Counted from the stretch's first letter, positions 17,355-26,090 are shown. The stretch: DNA of 41,639 nt from Gemmatimonadales bacterium (GCA_038258395.1 JBBSPX010000002.1:1-41639), one strand, 5' to 3'. Numbers and translations: made by a program. The notes: generated by a model not told the origin, from the letters alone.

Positions 17355-17759
17355 ATGGCCGACATCGTCGATCGCGCGACCCGCAGTCGAATGATGAGTG
17401 GGATCCGTGGTCGGGATACCGCACCTGAATTGATCGTCCGATCACATCTTCACCGGGCCGGGCTTCGTTTCCGTCTCCACCAGAATGACTTGCCCGGTCG
17501 ACCCGATCTGGTTCTGTCGCGTTGGGATACCGTGGTTCTAGTCCACGGCTGCTTCTGGCATCGTCATGCAGGTTGTCGGTACGCGACGACCCCAGCGAGC
17601 AATCGTCAGTTCTGGCAGGCAAAGTTCCAAGCGAACGTCGAACGCGATATTCGGAATCGTGCGGAACTCCGGAAGCTGGGCTGGCGGGTATTCACCGTCT
17701 GGGAGTGCCGGACCGGCACTCGAGCGCTTGATTCTCTCGTGAGAAAGATCCGTCGATGA
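17355..17759 (+). CDS. vsr: very-short-patch repair endonuclease (T:G mismatch, 5mC deamination repair)
   Basis: RSRMMSGIRGRDTAPELIVRSHLHRAGLRFRLHQNDLPGRPDLVL...VLVHGCFWHRH...FWQAKFQANVERDIRNRAELRKLGWRVFTVWEC is collinear with E. coli Vsr. The gene starts 2 nt after the dcm stop. Confidence 0.95.
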   Translation: MADIVDRATRSRMMSGIRGRDTAPELIVRSHLHRAGLRFRLHQNDLPGRPDLVLSRWDTVVLVHGCFWHRHAGCRYATTPASNRQFWQAKFQANVERDIRNRAELRKLGWRVFTVWECRTGTRALDSLVRKIRR

Positions 17760-19006
17760 GTGAACAGTCTGCCGAACTTCTGGAGTTCGAGCACTGGTTG
17801 CTTGAAGTCTCCGGCCCCGAGTGGCTCTGGCACGTCAAGTACCTGGCGGCAAACGACACCTGCGCGAAGTCCAATGTGCACCAGAGTGGACCGCATATCA
17901 GCAGGGCACTCATCACCACGGCTTTCCCCGCACTTACCGCTCGGGCCGAGCGGATCAAGAATCCTGACTTGATTCTGCCGACCGTCGTCGATAGCCACAC
18001 GGAGTCGATGGATCTCCGACTGGTCTGGTACAACACCAAGCGAGTCGAGAGCAAGAAGAACGGTCGAGACGAGGCTCGATTGACCAGGTGGGGTGGTCAG
18101 GATTCTGCCGTGGTTCAGTCTGATGCCACCGGTTCACTGGTGGTGTTCGCATTCCGGCTGCAACCTGGCCGGGATGCTGATGCGCTTCGCGTCTGGCGAT
18201 GTCGATCCATCGAGGAGGAAGACTTTCTGCTCGAACGGATCGACACCGTCGAACCCGGGCGTGGCCAGCTCATCAGTCCGACGGGTTCCTACCTCGGGCA
18301 TGAGGCGGCTGGGCCATGTGCACTCACCGACGATGAGATCCCCGAAGAGTGGCGGACAGCATTCCCTCCGGGAGACGCGATCGTCCAATGGGTGATCCGG
18401 AATCGTCGTGATGCCGGTCGGCCGGTCGACAAGCGTCTGCTGTCACGGCGGGACTGTGAGTTCGAAGTGTTCCGATCCATCGAGCGGTTCCACGCCATGC
18501 CGCGAATCAAGAATGGATTCACATCAGTGGATGCCTTTGTCGAGTTCGCTGGTTCCCTCACGAATCGCCGCAAGTCGCGCAGCGGCAGGTCACTCGAACT
18601 TCAGGTCAAGCAGATTTTCGACGAGGAAGGCGTCCCCTATAGTTGGACACCAAAGACGGAGCATGGTAAGACGCCAGACTTCATCTTCCCTTCGATCGAC
18701 TCATACCATGATGCATCCTGGCCCGCGGAACGACTCCGAATGCTGGCGGCCAAAACAACCTGCAAGGACCGATGGAGGCAGGTGATCAATGAGGCAGACC
18801 GGATCGGCCTCAAGCACCTGCTCACCCTACAGCAGGGCGTATCCTTCGCCCAACATTCGGAGATGCGCCAGGCAGGAGTTCGCCTCGTCGTGCCCAACGG
18901 ACTGGTCAAGTCATATCCTGATGAAGTCGTCCCCGAGCTGATGTCGCTGGAGCACTTCATGGCGGACGTGCGATCGACCTGCGGTTCGAGAGATGAGATG
19001 CACTAA
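17756..19006 (+). CDS. EcoRII-family type II (IIE/IIP-like) restriction endonuclease
   Basis: ATGA overlap with vsr. The N-terminal effector domain is FEHWLLEV...HVKYLAANDTCAKSNVHQSG (compare EcoRII FHNWLLEI...YIKRLSANDTGATGGHQVG). The C-terminal catalytic region is NRRKSRSGRSLELQ...KTPDFIFPS...LRMLAAKTTCKDRWRQVINEADRI...LLTLQQGVS...GVRLVVP, nearly collinear with EcoRII (NRRKSRAGKSLELH...KKPDFLFPS...LRMLAVKTTCKDRWRQILNEADKI). Confidence 0.9.
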   Translation: MSEQSAELLEFEHWLLEVSGPEWLWHVKYLAANDTCAKSNVHQSGPHISRALITTAFPALTARAERIKNPDLILPTVVDSHTESMDLRLVWYNTKRVESKKNGRDEARLTRWGGQDSAVVQSDATGSLVVFAFRLQPGRDADALRVWRCRSIEEEDFLLERIDTVEPGRGQLISPTGSYLGHEAAGPCALTDDEIPEEWRTAFPPGDAIVQWVIRNRRDAGRPVDKRLLSRRDCEFEVFRSIERFHAMPRIKNGFTSVDAFVEFAGSLTNRRKSRSGRSLELQVKQIFDEEGVPYSWTPKTEHGKTPDFIFPSIDSYHDASWPAERLRMLAAKTTCKDRWRQVINEADRIGLKHLLTLQQGVSFAQHSEMRQAGVRLVVPNGLVKSYPDEVVPELMSLEHFMADVRSTCGSRDEMH

Positions 19007-19010
19007 CCCC

Positions 19011-19517
19011 CTACCTCCGCGGCACCAACCCCTCATGCCCCCACTCCGCGAGCGCCGCCAGGATCGGCTGCCAATCACCCGGCGCGATGTCGGGCACCGG
19101 CTCCAATCCCTTCAACCCGATCGGCTGTCCCCAGCCCTGCTCCCGGATCGCCTTCTCGAGTATCCCGAACGGCGGCAACGGCTCATCGCGCATCGACCGA
19201 TGCGCACATTGGCCACAGGTGGTGCAGTAGCCGACCAGCAGTTCGTGGTCCTGTTCGGTCCCGAACTCGAGCGGATACACCCACCCGTCGCAGACCGGAC
19301 ACGGTCCGCCCGCGGTCGCCCCCATCCCCCAGACCCGCGTGAGCAGCCCGACCGAGAGCGGGCCGATGCCGTGCAGCGTGAACCCGCCCACGGCCACACC
19401 AGGACAGTGCTTCATCAGCTTGAACGATGACTTGTGAATGGCACCCAGCACACGCGCGTGCTGCAGCGAGACAACGTCGGTCGCGGTCCACGGCGAGTCG
19501 GTTTGTTCGAGAGACAT
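19011..19517 (-). CDS. hypothetical protein with CxxC...CxxC zinc-ribbon-like motif
   Basis: Start reset to MSLEQTDSPW (cat at 19515-19517). It contains CPVCDGWVYPLEF...YCTTCGQC. I recognise no family. G+C is high, like the flanking chromosome. Confidence 0.5.
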   Translation of the reverse strand: MSLEQTDSPWTATDVVSLQHARVLGAIHKSSFKLMKHCPGVAVGGFTLHGIGPLSVGLLTRVWGMGATAGGPCPVCDGWVYPLEFGTEQDHELLVGYCTTCGQCAHRSMRDEPLPPFGILEKAIREQGWGQPIGLKGLEPVPDIAPGDWQPILAALAEWGHEGLVPRR

Positions 19518-19690
19518 GGCACCCTGCTTTCGATGATCAATGCCGCCCCGTCCGCGCATCCCCCATCGTGGGGCGCCACCGTGACCCTCGGGCGAGGGGT
19601 CGGTTGGCAGGTGGCCATGCGCCACCATTCCGAATGCCCGGCCCGCCGAGGCGACAACGAACCGTATGCCAAAGATAAGGGCGTCTCGGG

Positions 19691-19927
19691 TCAGCCCTCA
19701 ACCCGGTAGACCGTCGTGTCGCCCCGATCGTAGTGCTGCATCACCCGCCAGAGATCGCCCTCGTGGACGCGATTCGTTCCCCGGAGATCGCGCTCGTTCG
19801 AGTAGATCTCGAAATACGTCCCGTCCGAGAAGACCAGGATGACCTTGGCCTTCGGCTGAAGATCGCTCTCCTGCACCACCACCGCCTCGATCGTCCGACC
19901 CGGCAACGCCTGCCAATCACCCTTCAT
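19691..19927 (-). CDS. small conserved hypothetical protein (78 aa), paralog A
   Basis: MKGDWQALPGRTIEAVVVQESDLQPKAKVILVFSDGTYFEIYSNERDLRGTNRVHEGDLWRVMQHYDRGDTTVYRVEG, with GGAG upstream. The substitutions relative to paralog B are mostly synonymous, which supports a real coding gene. Confidence 0.65.
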   Translation of the reverse strand: MKGDWQALPGRTIEAVVVQESDLQPKAKVILVFSDGTYFEIYSNERDLRGTNRVHEGDLWRVMQHYDRGDTTVYRVEG

Positions 19928-19952
19928 CGTGGCTCCGTGGTTGGGGGTATGT
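19691..19952. repeat. direct repeat copy A (about 262 bp: 78-aa gene plus its 25-nt leader)
   Basis: Aligns base-for-base with 23542-23804. I count about 12 mismatches across the 237-nt CDS by eye. Confidence 0.9.
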
Positions 19953-20142
19953 CTCGGAGAGCTCGTACCGCGCGAGACACCACTCCGAACGGCAACTGAC
20001 GGGGTCGTGCTGGGGGCGAGCGAGGAGGCCCCGCCGCACGGCGCTTCGCGCCGCGGGCGGGGAGGCGCCGAACTGGAGCCCACCATCCCGAGCGGAGCGG
20101 CGAGATCCCTCGACTCCGCGCCAGAGGCGCGTCGCTCGGGAT

Positions 20143-20161
20143 GACGGCGCCGTAGGCGCCG

Positions 20162-20163
<2 letters not shown>
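20143..20163 (-). terminator. stem-loop overlapping the kinase stop codon
   Basis: gacggcgcc-gta-ggcgccgtc forms a perfect 9-bp stem. There is no U-tract. It sits next to a REP-like palindrome (cccgagcg...cgctcggg, about 20083-20140). Confidence 0.35.
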
Positions 20164-22912
<2,749 letters not shown>

Positions 22913-22942
22913 GGGGATCCTGATGGGGTGAACCGGAAATCA

Positions 22943-23329
22943 ATGAATCAATGGGGTCTACCGCAAGGAGGGACCAAACCGCGGCCTCATGGCCGCGACT
23001 CGGCTCGGCTCGGCTACCAGCGTCCGCTGAGAGCGGACCGAGCGCCAAGATCCCAGAGCTCAGGGCGGGTCTTACCCGCCGCCCCTGGCCGAGCCGTCGC
23101 TCTCAGCGACGAGCTCACCCTGTTCGGGACGGCTGCACGCGGCGAAGATCGTCCGGATAGCGACATCGACCTTCTCGTGAACCTCGCGCCCGGGAAGAGC
23201 CTCCTCGATCTTGCCAGGATGGAGATCAGCCTCGAAGAGCTCCTCCAACGACCGGTCGATGTTGTGACGCTCGGTGCGCTCACGGAACCGATGCGCAGTA
23301 CCGTCTTGAGCGACGCCATCGATGTCTGA
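22943..23329 (+). CDS. MNT-type nucleotidyltransferase (antitoxin of a HEPN/MNT pair); 5' region probably disrupted, possibly a pseudogene
   Basis: The catalytic core is LFGTAARGEDRPDSDIDLLVNLAPGKSLLDLARMEISLEELLQRPVDVV. The N-terminal 45 or so codons are built from repeat-like sequence (hairpin at 22980-22997; partial copy of the 23.9-kb element at 23061-23095), so the start is uncertain. Confidence 0.5.
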   Translation: MNQWGLPQGGTKPRPHGRDSARLGYQRPLRADRAPRSQSSGRVLPAAPGRAVALSDELTLFGTAARGEDRPDSDIDLLVNLAPGKSLLDLARMEISLEELLQRPVDVVTLGALTEPMRSTVLSDAIDV

Positions 23330-23503
23330 CGGCCGCCTGCACAAATTGCACCCTCGTTTCCATGGCGCGAAACTGCCAGAATGCGGGACCGCCTCACGCA
23401 CCATTACTGGGCGACCGACGACGACGTCGTGTGGGTCACCGCGAGTCAGGATGTGCCGGATTTAGGCCACGCCCTTCGGACACTGATCGACGATTTGAGC
23501 TGA
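23330..23503 (+). pseudogene. HEPN (DUF86-type) toxin remnant: C-terminal 57 or so codons only, no start codon
   Basis: In the same frame directly after the MNT TGA, my own translation gives RPPAQIAPSFPWRETARMRDRLTHHYWATDDDVVWVTASQDVPDLGHALRTLIDDLS*. It retains the R-x4-H motif (RDRLTH) and the DUF86 C-terminal pattern (h.Y..vD...VW..v..DLP.L). The N-terminal half of a normal 115-140 aa protein is missing. Confidence 0.6.
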
Positions 23504-23541
23504 ACGCTCGGAGAAGAGAGCCTGCCTTCCGGCGTCCCCGC

Positions 23542-23778
23542 TCAGCCCTCAACCCGGTACACGGTGGTGTCACCGCGATCGTAGTGCTGCATCACCCGCC
23601 AGAGATCGCCCTCGTGGGCGCGATTCGTTCCCCGGAGATCGCGCTCGTTCGAGTAGATCTCGAAATACGTCCCGTCCGTGAAGACCAGGATGACCTTGGC
23701 CTTCGGCTGAAGAGTGCCCTCCTGGACCACCACCGCCTCGATCGTCCGACCCGGCAACGCCTGCCAATCGCCCTTCAT
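23542..23778 (-). CDS. small conserved hypothetical protein (78 aa), paralog B
   Basis: MKGDWQALPGRTIEAVVVQEGTLQPKAKVILVFTDGTYFEIYSNERDLRGTNRAHEGDLWRVMQHYDRGDTTVYRVEG. It differs from paralog A at 4 residues. Confidence 0.65.
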   Translation of the reverse strand: MKGDWQALPGRTIEAVVVQEGTLQPKAKVILVFTDGTYFEIYSNERDLRGTNRAHEGDLWRVMQHYDRGDTTVYRVEG

Positions 23779-23804
23779 GCTGACTCCGTGGTTGGGGGGT
23801 ATGT
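23542..23804. repeat. direct repeat copy B (about 263 bp)
   Basis: Same orientation as 19691-19952. Similarity ends at ...ccgtggttgggg(g)gtatgt, upstream of the ATG. Confidence 0.9.
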
Positions 23805-23883
23805 GCGTGCCACAAAAGTATGGCCGCCCGGGTCCCGCCCCCTGAGCCCACGGGTGGTCCGTTCCTTCGCGCTGCTCAGGAAC

Positions 23884-23990
23884 GGACATCACCCGGGCTC
23901 GGCACAGAGGGAGGCTGAAGCCTCCATGCTCAACGAGTCGTTGAACCAGGCGGGTTTACCCGCCCTCCCGGCCGAGCCCGGGTGATGTCC
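23884..23990. repeat. 107-nt compound palindromic element: a 20-bp perfect outer stem enclosing three perfect hairpins
   Basis: The outer arms ggacatcacccgggctcggc (23884-23903) and gccgagcccgggtgatgtcc (23971-23990) pair perfectly. Inner hairpins are ggaggc-tgaa-gcctcc (23910-23925), tcaacg-agt-cgttga (23930-23944) and ggcggg-ttta-cccgcc (23949-23964). A partial copy of about 35 nt lies at 23061-23095. Confidence 0.85.
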
Positions 23991-24069
23991 CGAACGAAGT
24001 GAGGGACCACCCGTGGGCCAGTGGGTGAGAGCCGAGATCTGTGACGCGATCTCAAGAAGCCACCAACCA

Positions 24070-24120
24070 CTATACATGTCGCCGACAACATGTATAGATT
24101 TCCGATGGTTTCTATACATA
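24070..24120. promoter_or_regulatory. operator-like triple repeat of CTATACAT(G) upstream of fic
   Basis: ctatacatgt (24070-24079) and acatgtatag (24088-24097) form a perfect 10-bp inverted repeat with an 8-nt spacer. A third direct copy ctatacata lies at 24112-24120. The region is a locally A+T-rich stretch 24-74 nt upstream of the TTG start at 24144. Confidence 0.4.
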
Positions 24121-24143
24121 ACGCCGATCATAAGTAGGCTGAC

Positions 24144-25223
24144 TTGAATAAAACTATCCGCCCCCTCCGCGAGCTGGACCCGCGCCGATTCGAGACCCCG
24201 ACCATTCTGAGAGCATTGGTGGGAGCCTCGCGCGCGCTCGCCGAGCTCAAGGGGGTGATCGCCTCGATCCCGAATCAGCAGATCCTGCTGAACACGCTTG
24301 GGATCCAGGAGGCCAAAGACTCATCGGAGATTGAGAACATCGTGACCACCCACGATGAACTCTTCCGGGAAGCCTCACTGCTGGAGGCGAAGGGCAACCC
24401 GGCAGCGAAGGAGGTCCTCCGCTACCGCCAGGCGCTCAAGGTCGGCTTCGGCCTGATCCAACATCACGGGCTCCTGACCAACAACGATATCATCCGGATC
24501 CAGCAGGAACTCGAGGCGAACGACGCCGGCTTCAGGAAGTTGCCGGGGACGACACTCAAGAACTCCGCGGGCCGTGTCGTATACACTCCGCCGCAGGACG
24601 GGACCGAGATCAGTCGGCTGATGACCGAGCTGGAGTGCTTCGTGAATGGCGAGGTCGATTATCCGGTGGATCCGTTGATTCGGATGGCGCTGATTCATCA
24701 CCAGTTCGAGAGCATCCACCCCTTCTACGACGGCAATGGTCGGACCGGCAGGATCATCAACGTGCTCTACCTGGTGAAGGAGGGGCAACTCGATCTCCCG
24801 GTGCTCTACCTGAGCCGGTTCATCGTGCAGAACAAGTCCGAGTACTACCGGCTATTGCAAGCAGTCCGGCAAGAGGACGCCTGGGAGGACTGGGTGCTGT
24901 ACATGCTCCGGGCAGTCGAAGACACCGCGCTCGCCGGCGTCCAGACAGTGAAGGCGATACACTCGGCGCTTCTCGAAGTGAAGCATCAGGTGCGAGCCAA
25001 CTACAAGTTCTACAGTCAGGATCTGATCAACAACATCTTCTCACACCCGTATACCAGGGTTCAACTCATCGAGGAAGAGCTTGGCGTCTCCCGGATAACT
25101 GCCACGAAATACCTCAACCAACTCGCCGATGGAGGGGTCCTCGACAAGGTGAAGGTTGGTCGCAGCAATTTCTACATCAACACGCGCCTGTTTGCAATCC
25201 TTACCGCATCGGATCAGCAATGA
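24144..25223 (+). CDS. fic: Fic-family protein (class II, N-terminal inhibitory helix; SoFic-like architecture with C-terminal winged helix)
   Basis: The active-site motif is HPFYDGNGRTGR. The inhibitory motif [ST]xxxE[GN] appears as SSEIEN in the Fic_N region. The C-terminal segment ITATKYLNQLADGGVLDKVKVGRSNFY looks like a wHTH. TTG start. Confidence 0.9.
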   Translation: MNKTIRPLRELDPRRFETPTILRALVGASRALAELKGVIASIPNQQILLNTLGIQEAKDSSEIENIVTTHDELFREASLLEAKGNPAAKEVLRYRQALKVGFGLIQHHGLLTNNDIIRIQQELEANDAGFRKLPGTTLKNSAGRVVYTPPQDGTEISRLMTELECFVNGEVDYPVDPLIRMALIHHQFESIHPFYDGNGRTGRIINVLYLVKEGQLDLPVLYLSRFIVQNKSEYYRLLQAVRQEDAWEDWVLYMLRAVEDTALAGVQTVKAIHSALLEVKHQVRANYKFYSQDLINNIFSHPYTRVQLIEEELGVSRITATKYLNQLADGGVLDKVKVGRSNFYINTRLFAILTASDQQ

Positions 25224-25285
25224 GAGACGACCACACGAGAGGCGGACCCAACCGCGGCCAGACCCTTCGACTTCGCTCAGGGCAG

Positions 25286-25930
25286 GTGGCCGCGGCTCGG
25301 CTTGTACTGGTCCTCGCAATGACGGCCGCCCCACTCACCGCCCAGAACAACGGCCTGCCCACGCAGCAGCAAGGTGCGGTGCTGGTCGAGGTGATCGCCA
25401 TCCGTGGCGCAGAGTGCGAACTCCTCAAGCCCTGGCAAGCGGCAAGCCTCCGGATGCAGACCCGCGATCAGATCGCCCGCTTTGACGACTCGACCCAGGC
25501 CGCGATTCACGCCGACGTCGATGCACGCGCCAAGGCAATGACCTGCGACGACGCGGTCCTGGTACAGTGGATCACTGCCGCCGCACCCAACATGGAGCGC
25601 GAGTACCTGCCCGAGATGCTTACCGCTTACAAGGCAGTCGCCACGATGTCACCACGCCCCGCACCGTTCGACAGTGTGACCGGCCGCTCGGAGTACACCG
25701 ACGTCGTGGCACGCATCGACACCAAGCTCGCGGCAATGGTGGCGGCCGGTGTCCGGTTGCCCAGCGGCATGACACTCGACGCGCTGAACACGCGTCAGGC
25801 AGGCTTCGCCACGCAGATCGGTGCGGCCATTGCGGGCACCGACACCGTCGGCCGATTCACCGCCGACCAGGCCCGGCAGATCGTGATCGATGCAGTGCGG
25901 ATCGTGGAGCTGTGGCTGCACGAAGATTAG
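25286..25930 (+). CDS. hypothetical secreted protein
   Basis: The GTG at 25286 gives the signal peptide (M)AAARLVLVLAMTAAPLTAQ. An alternative ATG at 25220 overlaps the fic stop (ATGA), but its first 22 codons are encoded by a REP-like repeat (gacccttcgacttcgctcagggcag). Confidence 0.55.
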   Translation: MAAARLVLVLAMTAAPLTAQNNGLPTQQQGAVLVEVIAIRGAECELLKPWQAASLRMQTRDQIARFDDSTQAAIHADVDARAKAMTCDDAVLVQWITAAAPNMEREYLPEMLTAYKAVATMSPRPAPFDSVTGRSEYTDVVARIDTKLAAMVAAGVRLPSGMTLDALNTRQAGFATQIGAAIAGTDTVGRFTADQARQIVIDAVRIVELWLHED

Positions 25931-25950
25931 GATCGACCAGAAGGTCGATC
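25931..25950 (+). terminator. stem-loop directly after the stop codon; also part of a dispersed repeat module
   Basis: gatcgacc-agaa-ggtcgatc forms a perfect 8-bp stem starting 1 nt after TAG (25928-25930). The same module occurs at 33678-33697. Confidence 0.4.
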
Positions 25951-25971
25951 GGTCGCGACCAATGATGCTCG

Positions 25972-26022
25972 CCACCATCCAGAGCGCGGGCTGACGCACG
26001 CGCCTAAGGATGCGCAGGCGCC
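25972..26022. repeat. dispersed intergenic repeat, copy A (CCACCATCCAGAGCGC..GCTGACGCA.GCGCCTAA..TGC..AGGCGC)
   Basis: Aligns with 31495-31540, with a few substitutions and small indels. Confidence 0.8.
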
Positions 26023-26090
26023 TCAATGCGCTCGGGGGGACACGTCAACCCGGCTTGCCAGCAATACAGGAATACAGGTACCTGTCAGGA

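Noticed and set aside
20040-20160. Possible small gene or RNA in the GC-rich palindromic stretch downstream of the kinase
   Set aside because: The sequence (…gagatccctcgactccgcgccagaggcgcgtcgctcgggatgac…) has the look of the common REP-type palindromes of such genomes. The ORFs across it (for example 19929-20144) are repeat-encoded.
23884-23990. tRNA, tmRNA-like cloverleaf or integron attC site
   Set aside because: It has four helices, but the closing stem is 20 bp, there is no T-loop (GTTCRANYC) or anticodon-arm geometry, and the size is wrong for a tRNA. There are no attC core sites (RYYYAAC/GTTRRRY) at the arm ends and no intI in the window.
24635-25219. Upstream part of the 431-aa ORF 24635-25930
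   Set aside because: It overlaps the well-supported fic gene out of frame and has an R/G/S-rich composition. Only the part downstream of the fic stop looks like a real protein.
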